From: Welwitschia mirabilis
Taxonomy: Eukaryota
Direction of reading: 5' to 3'
Length of the DNA: 44,541 bases
Assembly: GCA_051453625.1 (NCBI GenBank)
Contig: JBOZIK010000001.1
Coordinates: forward strand, 29,796,565 to 29,841,105
Shown: piece by piece, positions 11,806 through 22,999 of the stretch
Position numbering within the stretch: the first letter of the stretch is position 1
Layout: every line of letters starts with the position of its first letter
Program-made: the position numbers and the translations under genes
Notes under the pieces: model-generated
What the model saw: only the letters and a program-made list of their open reading frames with translations
Told to the model about the DNA's origin: nothing
Database searches by the model: none

Positions 11806-14078
11806 ATCAAGAAACTTATACAACATGAAGTTATTACACCAGTATACCATTTGACAATAGAATGAAAAACTGATACTCGAATAACTATAATTAATTCATA
11901 GAAATTCCATTATTTCCAATCCAAAATTAAATTAACAATGAGTTGATTCAAAATCATTCTTTCTTATACATTATAAGCTTCACTTGACTTTTAGTATTTC
12001 TTTTGAAGTTACTCTTAATCCTAGAACTACAACATGTGTATACAATTGTGGCCTTGTACTATAGGATGTGTAGTACATTTTTTAGCCAAAAATTATGAGA
12101 TGAGTAATGCACATAATAAGCCCTGTCTATTACAGGATGTGTAGCAGTAAATTAACAACCTCTTTAGCGAAGTAGTTCCCTCACATCATAACTCCTTTAA
12201 GGAGGTTTTATTATAGGTTTCATTCCTAAGGTTTTCCTCCAAGCACTTCAACTTTCCTTTATAAGAGAGCATATTCCCATGTTGAGAGGAGAATTGCTAA
12301 GATTTGTATGCACACTGTGGTTCTACACTTAATGATATGTGAAGTCCCTAGTAAAACCCTAATGATATGCTTTTCTTTATAAGAAATATCTTTAATGTAT
12401 TAAGGATGGTGAAGTATTTTTGAAAAATCAAATTTGATTTTGAAAAATCTTGCTCATGTTTTCTTTCTCTTTTGTTTCCCAATAGTAAAAAGAATCTAAA
12501 GATGCGTTAAAAGTGAGAGAATAGTTAAAATAAAGTTTAAACTAAGTTTCACAAAAGAAAAACATAAACATAAAAGCAAACTATAGAATACAAGAAAAAT
12601 AAGTAAATTAGGGGTTACACTTAGGGAGTGGTGGAAGATGGAATAAATGAGAAATTGATAATCAATGATGAAAACAATAGTATAACCAAGAAAAAGTGAA
12701 CAATGTGAGTGTGAAAAAACACACTATTAACAACAATAGTATTGGTCTTATAAGAAATAAGAGAGTGTGAAATGACTTTGAAATAACTAATTAATGTTAT
12801 AAAAAATTAAATGAAAATGAACAAAGATGAACATGTATGAGATTGAGTACGACATCCTACATTTTAACTTAACAAGATCCATCAGTATATGTTATAAGAC
12901 TTCTTGATGTTATAAATGCTTGGTTTAATGCTAAATAATATAGAGTATCATGCAATAAGATAGTAGTGGTTATAATAACATCTATTGATTACCTTGTAAA
13001 GTATTAATCTAATGCTAGGATCATAATTTGATCTAATCATCAGCTATAATAACAAATGATACCTTATCATTTTACCATCTAGTAACTAATATGTTATGCA
13101 TGCTCATGAAGGCATGAATTGAAGTTATCAGAAAATAAAAATAATGGGATATTGAAAGACACCATTCATCATGATGAAGGAATTGCAATTACTATCAAGA
13201 GATTAAGGACCTATAGGCTAAAGCTAGATCATGGCTAACTAATCCTCTGGCAGAGTTTCCATAGCTACCATACTGTATTACGAAAGTTCCTCTCTAGAAA
13301 ATGTTTTCTAATGCACTTATAATAGGACATCATGGAATTAATAATAACATTTCTTACTTATGCACTTATTTTTCCTCTTAATGTTATTTCTTCAGTTAAC
13401 TTTGATTTGTCTAATCCCCTCCCATTCCATTTTTTTAATTTTTTTTAAACATTAACTAATCATTGGAATGGTAAACTGACAAGGTAAATAGTTGAAGAAA
13501 AGTATCTGATTTGATTTAATTGACATTATAAGAAGATAACATAGACATTTTTATTTCAATATAAAGTTCATAGACATGTGAATATCTTAAGATTAGCTGA
13601 AATTTAAGATCACCATCTAAAATGTTCAAAGTAAAATTACTGACATAGAAACTCAAAGGAAGTTTATCATAGAACCTAACAAAGATCTGATGAAGTACTA
13701 AGATAACTTAACTAAGGGATCTAGTTAAGAAATAATTTAGATGATAGTGAAGAGAAGATTGCCCTCTTGGTTAAGAGGATCTTCTAAGTCAATTGCTTCT
13801 ATTATATTCATAGTATAATAATAGCTATCAAGTGATTGATATATTTTTAATAATTATATATTTAGCCTTTTACTTTTTAAATTAAAGTTTAATTTACAAA
13901 TCTCAAATGAGCTATTAGGATGCACTTTGTTAACAAAATAAGTACTAAACCATTTAGGAAAAAAAATGATAGAACAAAGTACATGAGCATTTTTAAAGAA
14001 ATAATTGGTAATAGATGAATTATATTAATAGCCCCTTGATTCTATAAATTTTAATAGCCAAATCATATATAAAGAATT

Positions 14079-14790
14079 TATTGTATCATATGTTTTCAAT
14101 AATGAAGATTCTTAGTTAGGAAATAAGATTTCTTCAGATCGGGACATCCGTCCTATATAATTGGGATGTCCAGCTATCTATGTGGTTTTATATACTAGGA
14201 CATTTGTCTTGAGTAATCGGAATGTCCAGAACTACACTTGGTTATTTACACTAGAATGTCCACACTATGAAACTGGGATGTCCGGCTCTATATGCGGATT
14301 TGCTATTCCAGGACATCCGTCCTGATAAATTAGGACATCCGACCTTATATACTAATTTTTATACTAGAACATCCACACTATGAATCTGGGACATCCGACC
14401 CTGTATTTAGTTTTTCCAGAAAAGAAGATTAAAAACTGGAACATTTGAGATTTTTTGATGGGATGTCTGATAATATATTCATTGACGCAGGAATATAGCC
14501 ATTTATAAATGTTAACCGTGGGTTTTATTTTCCAATAGCTCTTTATTAGATGATGTGATTTTGATTAAAACAAAAATACCTAGCTCTTTTCTTGTGCCTA
14601 TATATATTCCTTTCTATTGGATTGAAGTGGTTAATGCTAACATTTGAAAAGATCTTTTGGAGCTCTAAAAAATAGTTGTCTACATTCTGAAAGTTGTATG
14701 TCCTGAACTATGCTATCTAGTATCATTAAAGATTAATCTAAAAGTTTAATGCTAATGACATGTGCTAGATCTAGGCACTCTTCCATCAAA

Positions 14791-14834
<44 letters not shown>

Positions 14835-15146
14835 CGTTGTTGTAAGAGGATCAAGGATTTGAGTAGAGGCTAGGAGGTCATAAGAACTCCATGTAAAGGA
14901 GTATTTGTAAAAGATCTTGGATTAAGGAAACTAGGAGGCTGATAGCTATTTGCTACCCCTTGAGAATGAAGTATGCTTGGTCAAACCACTATAAAAACTT
15001 GATGCACTTTTTTTTCTTAGTTTTTAGTTATGTATCATTTTTATTAATTCATTCTTGTGCTGTCAAATTTATTAATTTTAATTTTTGCTGAATAATTTTG
15101 ATTACCCTATCCCCCTCTTTTTAGAGTATCCATTAAGATCCTAACA
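14079..15146 (+). repeat. 5' LTR (1068 bp)
   Basis: Starts TATTGTATCATATG and ends CTAACA; colinear with 21686-22749; TATA-like CCTATATATA near 14597; (TC)19 at 14793-14830; C-rich U5 motif at 15101-15128. Confidence 0.95.
14141..14470. repeat. U3 array of 12 GGACGTCC-derived palindromes in 6 pairs
   Basis: Copies at 14141/14163, 14197/14219, 14253/14275, 14310/14332, 14366/14388, 14438/14460; mirrored in the 3' LTR. Confidence 0.88.
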
Positions 15147-15148
15147 AT

Positions 15149-15160
15149 TGGTATCAGAGC
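15149..15160 (+). promoter_or_regulatory. Primer-binding site, tRNA-iMet
   Basis: TGGTATCAGAGC, 2 nt after the LTR-terminal CA. Confidence 0.95.
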
Positions 15161-15221
15161 CTAGTTGCTCTAGATCTGCATATTTTTTATTTATTTTCAT
15201 CTTTAGTGTAGATAAATTTAA

Positions 15222-18200
15222 ATGGAATCCTCTATTATTGTAGGACATCATGAAGGACAGTCGGTATCAAGTCCTCCTTTCTTCAATGGCAATAATTATG
15301 CCTACTAGAAATTAAAGATGAGCATTTTCCTGATCTCGCTCAACCCAAATATTTGGGCTATAGCAGAATTTGCTACTTTCCTCTAATTAAAATAGATCCC
15401 CTTGGAAAAGAAGTACTGAAACCCAGAGAAAGCTGAGATGCACATGATAAAACCACTCTCTAGATGAATGCTCAAGTAATGAATGCAATCATATGTACTC
15501 TCTCCACTGAAGCATATGACAGATTGGTATAATTTTCAACAGCTAAGGAGATGTGGGATACACTGAAGATTACTCAAGAAGGGACAAATATTGTGAAGAA
15601 CTCCAAGCTACAGCTCTTAGCCATAAAGTTCAAAAACATTAGGATGAAAGAATCAGAACTAGTAGCTGACTATACCATCAAAATTAGCGATATTGTAAAC
15701 AATATGTAGGGCTTAGAAGAAAGAGTCCCAGAAAATAGAGTTGTAAGGAAGATTCTTAGAAGTCTATCTTTGAAGTTTAGACCTAAGATCACAGCATAGA
15801 AAAAAGTAAATATATTGATAAGATGAAGGTAGAAGAGTTAAAAAAATCTCTTATGGCTTATGAAGCAACCCCTCTTCCTGAAAAATATCTCTCCAAAAAG
15901 AAGAGCATTGCTCTTAAAGANNNNNNNNNNNNNNNNNNNNNNNNNNTAAATGATGATGAAGCAAATGACGATATAGCGTTTTTAGCCCACAACTTCAAAA
16001 GGTTCTTGAGAAGGAAGAAAGATTTCAAGAATAATAAAAATGGCTCTCAAAAGTTCAATGACAAAGGGAAGAACTCATCCTCATCTATTCAATGTTATGA
16101 ATATAAAGGCTATGGTCATGTTGCATCTAAATGTGCCAACAGAAGAAAAGAAAAAAAATCTAAGTTTAAAGGGAATAAAGCTTTCAAAGTGACTTGGGAT
16201 GATGAGTCTAATGATGATGATCAATCTAATGATGATGATTCTTTGAATTCTTAACAATGAACAAAGTCTAGTCCATTCCATTTCTTCCCTAGGTATTACT
16301 CACTCTTAGGTTTCCTTAGAGTCTGAAATTCATTTTGATAATGATTTTGAAGATTGTGATATTTTTAAAGATTATGAAAATTTGTATTAAGTAAGTCTAA
16401 ATTTAGGTAAGAAGAATTTTTCTTATAAAAAACAAATATCAGATATTTAGTTGAATTTGAAGCAAGCTGACATAAAAATAGAAGAACTATCTAAGAGCTT
16501 ATAGGATTTCAAAAGAACAGCTAAAATATTAGCTTAAGAAAAAGACAATCTTGATTGGTTGCTAGGTATGGGAAGATCTCCTCGTGATAAATCTGGGTTG
16601 GGAAGATTCTCAGATAAGTCTCCTATACCTGCTTTTTTCAAACCAAGTCTAAAATTATAATCTCTTAGTAAAGTTAGTTTAAAATGTTATTACTGCAATA
16701 GATATGGTCATGTTAAATATTCCCGTCCTTTACAAAAGTCCTTATTTTTTGGGTATAATAATAATAGATTTAGATTTGTTAAATCAAATACCTCTATGAT
16801 GCAAAATCAAAAGCCTCACATGGTTAAGAACTGGATTAGAAAGAGCATGGTTACTTCTCTGTTTGCTCATACAGCTTTTAAAGCTCAAGAGAGAACTAAA
16901 TGGTTTTTAGCCAGTGGTTGCTCTAGACACATGATAGGAAATAAGAGTCTGTTCTCCTCCTATCAAGAATATGAGGGTGGTGAAGTGACTTATAGAGATA
17001 ATAACAAAGGATAAATAATTGGTAAGGACTCTATTACTACAAATTATTTTCATCTAATTACAGATGATATATATCTAGTCGATGGTTTAAAGCATAACTT
17101 TCTTAGTATTTCTCAAATTTGTGATAGAGGAAATGTAGTGTCTTTTTACCATGATAGATGTGTGGTTAGAAATGTAGTATCAAACCAAGAAATTCTTACT
17201 AGTTTAAGATCAAAATGCATGTATGTTCTTGGTTGTGAAGACAAGTCTAATGAAAGTTGTCATTTAGCTTAAGTAAATGAAGTTAATCTTTGGCATAAAC
17301 ATTTAGGTCATATAAACTTGAAAGATTTAAATACCATCTCCTCAAAAGAAATTATTAGAGACATTTCAAAGATAAATATGTCTCAAGGAAAAATCTATGA
17401 TGCTTGCATTAAAGGTAAATTAGTCAAATTAAGTTTTTCAAATACAAAGGACATTACTTCAAGTAAACCTTTGGATCTTATTCATATGGATCTCGTTGGT
17501 CTAATTCAAACTAGAAGTATTAGTGGAACAAAATATTTTCTTGTAATTATTGATGATTTTTCAACATTTTGCTAGGTATGTTTTTTATCTAGTAAAGATG
17601 AAGCTTTTGATATGTTTACTAAAGTGTGTAGAATAATCTAAAAAGAGCAAGGGACATCACTTAAATCTATCCAGATAGACAAAGAAGGTAAGTTTGATAA
17701 TAATAGATTTGAAAAGTTTTGTAATTCTAATGGCATTGGTCATCAATTTTTACTCCTAGAACTCCACAGCAGAATGGTGTCATTAAAAGAAAGAACAGAG
17801 TTCTGATAGAAATGGCTCGAACCATGTTAAATAGACAATCTCTACCATATCATTTTGGGGCTAAAGAAATAAACACGGCTTGGTACATTTCCAATAGAGT
17901 ATTTCTCTGGTATGGAAATCATCCCAGTGTAAGTTACTTTAAAGTTTTTAGTAGCAAGTATGGTATTCTTAAAGATAAGTGTTTTATAGATAAATTTGAT
18001 TCAAAATTAGATGAAGGAATTTTTCTTGGTTATTCTTCTTCAAGTAAGGCATACGGATTTTTCAACAAAACCTCAAAGAAGATTGAGGAATCATCTCATG
18101 TTAAAATAGATGATTTGGATATATGTTCTAACACCTTAAACAAGGATGATAACATAGATTCTATTTTAGATGTTTCTTTGAGTGATTATAATGCCTCACC

Positions 18201-19913
18201 TTCTGAGATAGGTATTCCATCTATAAGTTCAAATCAATCTTCTAAAAAAAGTCATCATTTCACTCTCTACCATAAAGAACCAAGCATGATCATCCAATGG
18301 AAGTGGTAGTAAGTAATCCAAATCAAGGGACTATAACAAGAAGTGGTAAGTATATTAGTCTAAGTTTTCTATGCTTTCTTTCCTCTTTAGAACTAAAAAA
18401 TTTTCAAAAAGTAGAAAAGGATAAAGCATGGATGTTAGCCATGCAAAATGAACTTCATCAATTTGGAAGAAACAAAGTGTAGAACTTTTTTTCCTATCCT
18501 CATGGGAAGCATGTTATTAGAACAAATTGGATGTTCAAAAACAAAAAGGATGAGAATCACAATATTATTCATAACAAAGTAAGACTAGTTGCTCAAGGTT
18601 ACAATCAATAGAAAAGTATAGATTATGGTAAAACCTTTGCTTCTGTTGCCATGTTAGAAGTAATTCACATGCTTGTCTTCCTAAAATCAAATTATTTCAA
18701 ATGGATGTGAAAAGTGCTTTCTTAAATAGTATTATAAATGAAGAATTCTATGTAGCTCAACCACCCAGTTTTTCAAATCCAAAATTTTCTAACCATGTGT
18801 ATAAATTAAATAAAGTGTTTTGTGGCTTTAAACAAGCACCTAGAGTCTGGTTTACTAGGTTAAATTCCTTTCTCATCTTTAATGGTTTCTCCAAAGGTAA
18901 AGCTGATTCAAATTTATTTATAAAACATGAACAAAAAGATATTTTGATAATTCAAGTTTATGTTGATGATATAGTATTTGGTTCTACCAAACTATGTTTA
19001 GAAATAAGTTTTGCCAAGCTTATGCAAAATGAATTTGAAATAATTATGTTTGGAGAACTCAATTTTTTTCTTGGATTGCAAATTAAGTAATTCAAAGATA
19101 GAATCTTTATTAGTTAAACCAAGTACATTCAAGACATTCTTAAGAAATATGAAATGGCCAATGGAAAAGATTCTCATACTCCTCTTTCTACTAGTATGAA
19201 GATTAGCAAAGATGAAAATGATAAGCAAGTTAATCAAAAATTATTTAGAGGGGTTATTGGAAGTTTGCTATATGTTATTGTAAGTAGACCTAACATAGCA
19301 CACAGTGTAGGTGTTTGTGTAAGATATCAATCATATCCAAAGGAATATCACTACTTATGTGTGAAACATATATTAAAATATATAAAGTATACTCAAAATT
19401 TTGGTTTATGGTATTCACATGATGCTTCACTTGATTGTGTTAGTTATAGTGATGCAGATTGGACAGGTTACAATGATAATCGAAAAATTACCAGTGGAGC
19501 TTATTTCTATATGGGAAATTGTCTGGTGTCATGGCTAAGCAAAAAACAAAACACAACATCCTTATCCATAGCAGAAGCTGAATACATCATTGTTGGAGTG
19601 TGTTGCGCTCAACTTACTTAGATAAAGAAAATGCTAATTGATTTTGGTGTAAAGATTCCTACCCTTAAAATGTACTGTGATAACACAAGTACAATCAGCA
19701 TCACCAAGAATCCAGTTTCAACACTCTCACACAAAGCATATTGACATCAGACATCATTTTATCAGAGATCAGGTACAAAATGGCATTGTTGAATTAGACT
19801 ATATTAACACTAATCATCAGCTTGCAGATATTATGACAAAGGCTCTAAATGAAAAGTGATTCATTTTTCTAAGAAAAAAATTGGGAATAGGGTCTTATCC
19901 ATCTCAGGTATGA
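15222..19913 (+). pseudogene. Sirevirus gag-pol polyprotein, disrupted
   Basis: Gag N-terminus EGQSVSSPPFFNGNNYAY*K; two decayed CCHC knuckles (about 16090 and 16685); protease WFLASGCSRHMIG; integrase DLIHMDLVG..IIDDFS and TPQQNGV; RT MDVKSAFLN, KQAPRVW, QVYVDDIVFG; RNase [42 protein letters not shown]. Many in-frame stops and frameshifts. Confidence 0.95.
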
Positions 19914-20227
19914 GTTTTCTATCAATAATATTTCCCATCTAAAATTTTTTATTATCTAGGAAGGAAGTTTTTCATGTTATGAACTTGTTTTTCTTCAAAA
20001 TTCCATTGTTTTAAGATCCAGGTGTCCCATGTATTTTTTGAATGTCCATATTTTTAAAGACCCCAGATGTCTTTTCTTTTTTAATCAAACATCTAAGCGA
20101 AAGGAAATGTGGATGCCTGACTCCTTTCCACTCTTTTTATTTTGTTTTTTATCTTTCTTTTGTCATTTCTTGCCATCATTATTTTCTCTTGTTCTCTTTG
20201 CTCTCTGGTCTCTTCTTTGCTTTAACC

Positions 20228-21300
20228 ATGATCAGAACCAAGATAGGAATCTCTTGCAAAGGCAAGAAACCAGCTTCTAAATAAGATTGGTTTGTTTCTC
20301 TTACAGCTCGGAAACCATGATTTGAGGGCCTAGATAAGAGGCCTATATCTCCTAAAAGGCAGATTAATTATGGATCCTTCAGAAGAGAAATGAAAATAGC
20401 TCATAAATTTGAAAAACAAGGTTTGATGAATGCCTTAGACCTTGATACTCTAGTTTCAACACAAATGGTATGTTTATTTTATTGCAATGATCACTTTGAT
20501 TCCTCTTCATAGGTAATTTTCACTAGAGTTTACGAGAGAGAATTGGTAGTATATTTAGAAGTAATCTCCTTATGACCAATTATCCAAATGAAGGATTTTT
20601 AAGAGAAATTACCTCCGTTAGATCTTTACAAGAATCAGTACCTAAAGATATTTTAGCTATGGAACTTTGTGAAGAAAATTTTCATTAGAGAGTTAACATT
20701 CCTACGAATAAGCTCAGACCTTTTTATTGAGTATTATTTCAAATATCTACTCACAATTTGGTTCTGAAGCTCAGTTAAAAAGACGAAGTATCTCCTCTTT
20801 GTTCCTACATTTTATTTTATCTAGGTACTGGTGTTAAAATCAACTTATGCAAACTTATTATGTTTTACATCAGTTAGTTTTTCATTGTTAACCACTCCAG
20901 TCTTTCGTTTGGGGGGCTTATTATAGCAATTTTGAAAAATCATTAGTTTGTTATATAGAAGGATGAGGAACTTGTTAAAGTTTCCAAGCCACTGGGATTA
21001 TACTCTCTCAAGAAAATAAATATATTCTTAGAAAATATTAGACCTGTTCATACTCCAAAAAAGAAACAAAGAACAGAAGAAGGTCTAAGCACAGGTGAAT
21101 TATCCAATGTTGATTTACTACCAGCTATTCATAAGGTTCGTAACTTTACTAAGGCCATAGTTGACAAGTTGAATAGAAAAATCAACTATCTCTTATTTGG
21201 TTTATCAGCTTATGATTTGGATATCCCTGTCAACTCAAAAGAAGAGGAAGCACCAGGAGAGCAACCATCTCTAGCTTCTTCACCATCTTATTCTTCCTAA
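20228..21300 (+). pseudogene. Env-like extra ORF of the Sirevirus, disrupted
   Basis: Begins MIRTKIGISCKGKKPASK; includes MVCLFYCN..VIFTRVY, GVKINLCKLIM and LSFGGLIIAIL, typical of plant retrotransposon env-like/'putative plant transposon protein' ORFs; ends EEEAPGEQPSLASSPSYSS*; lies between pol and the PPT. Confidence 0.75.
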
Positions 21301-21450
21301 AATTTCTGTGTCTTCTTCCATTTTCGTCACTCTTTATCATCCTTTTGTACTAAACTCTCTCTATCCTAAATGTAATTACTTTTTGAGAATACATACAATT
21401 TTTGGGTACTTTATTTTATGTATCCTCTATCTATTTAATTTACTTTTTAT

Positions 21451-21685
21451 TGATGATAAAGAGGGAGAAAAATATGCGATTAATTTATGTTTGTATCTCG
21501 CTAATAATAGAAAATGGAGAATTTTTATATAGAATAGGTACGAATGAATTATGGGGGAGCACTGCTTCAGTTAGTTTCTCGTGTTATCTGTCTATGGAAA
21601 AGAAATCTATTTTCTTCCTAAATCATGCAAATCCAATTCTAATGTGCACTCATTCAAAGTTTGTCATAATTGAAAAGGGAGAGAT
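21451..21685 (+). promoter_or_regulatory. Multiple polypurine tracts (Sirevirus signature)
   Basis: TGATGATAAAGAGGGAGAAA (21451), GAATTATGGGGGAG (21546) and terminal AAAAGGGAGAGAT (21673-21685), the last preceded by the inverted-repeat arm TTTGTCATAATTG. Confidence 0.85.
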
Positions 21686-22749
21686 TATTGTATCATATGT
21701 TTGTAATGATAAAGATTCTCAGTCCAAAAATAAGCCTTCTCCAGATTGGGACATCTGCCTTATATAATTGGGATGTTCAGCTATCTATGCGGTTTTATAT
21801 ACTAGGACGTCCGTCCTAATTAATTGGGACATCTAGAACTACACCAGTTATTTATACTAGGATGTTTAAACAATGAAACCAGGATGTCCGACCCTATACA
21901 CAGATTTGCTATACCAGGATATCCATCCTAATAAATTAGGATGTCTGATTTTGTATATATATTTTTGTACTGGGATGTCTGTAGTATGAATTTGGGACAT
22001 CCGATCCTGTATTTGGTTTTTCCAGAAAAGAAGATTAAAAATTCGGATGTCCAAGCATTTCCGATGGGACGTCAGAGAATGTATTTATTGATGTGGAAAT
22101 ATAGCCATTTATAGATGTTAACCACGGGTTTTATTTTCTAATGGCTCTTTATTGGGTGTTATGCTTTTGATTAAAAGAAAAAAGACCTAGCTCTTTTTCT
22201 TATGCCTATATATATTCCTTCCTATTAGATTGAAGTGGCTAATGCTAACATTTAAAAAGATCTTTTAAGGCTCTGAAAAATAGTTGTCTACATTCTGAAA
22301 GTTGTATGTCCTAAACTATGCTATCTATCATCATCAAAGGTTGATCTAAAAGTTGAATGCTAATGACATGTGCTAGATCTAGGCACTCTCCCATCAGAAA
22401 TCTCTCTCTCTCTCTCTATATTCTATTTGTTGTTGTAAGAGGCTCAAGGATTTGAGTAGAGGCCAGGAGGCCATAAGAACCCTGTGTGAAAGAGTGTTTG
22501 TAAAAGATCTTAGATTAAGAGAACCAGAAGAATGATAGCTATTTGCTACCCCCTGAGAGTGAAGTAGGCTTGGTTGAACCACTATAAAAATCTGATGCAC
22601 TTTTTTTCCCTTAGTTTTTAGTTTTGTATCATTTTTATTGATTCATTCTTGTGCTGTCAGATTTATATATTTTAATTTTTACTAAATAATTTTGATTATC
22701 CTATTTACCCCCTACCCTTCCCTCTAGGGTATCCATTAAGATACTAACA
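21686..22749 (+). repeat. 3' LTR (1064 bp)
   Basis: Follows the PPT directly, starts TATTGTATCATATG, ends CTAACA and is followed by the TSD GAATT. Confidence 0.95.
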
Positions 22750-22999
22750 GAATTGATAATTTAAAAGTTAAACAATTTCTTGTGAACTAGTATAAAGCGT
22801 TGTAAGAATAATTTCCATTCAATGGTTGATATTGCAATTGATAGTTAGTAAATTGGAGATCAATGGTACGACTCAAAAATAAAGTATGGATCCAAGAAAT
22901 ATCAGAAGGCTTCTTAGGATAATTGATTAGGATATGGTTAATATGAATAAGATGTTTCCTAAGATTCAACTTATGGTATAGATTTTCATCAAGAAGATG

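Larger units (their letters stand above)
14079..22749 (+). mobile_element. Full-length, inactivated Sirevirus (SIRE/Maximus lineage Ty1/copia) with env-like ORF
   Basis: Two LTRs of about 1.07 kb, 5-bp TSD GAATT (14074-14078 and 22750-22754), PBS, copia domain order PR-INT-RT-RH, extra 3' ORF, multiple PPTs. Confidence 0.96.

Noticed and set aside
14141..14470. Regularly spaced palindromes as a CRISPR-like array
   Set aside because: Cores are only 8-10 bp, the spacers are related to each other, and the array is duplicated as part of both LTRs.
21308..22600. Short ORFs in the PPT region and 3' LTR
   Set aside because: Non-coding parts of the retrotransposon; low-complexity translations without motifs.
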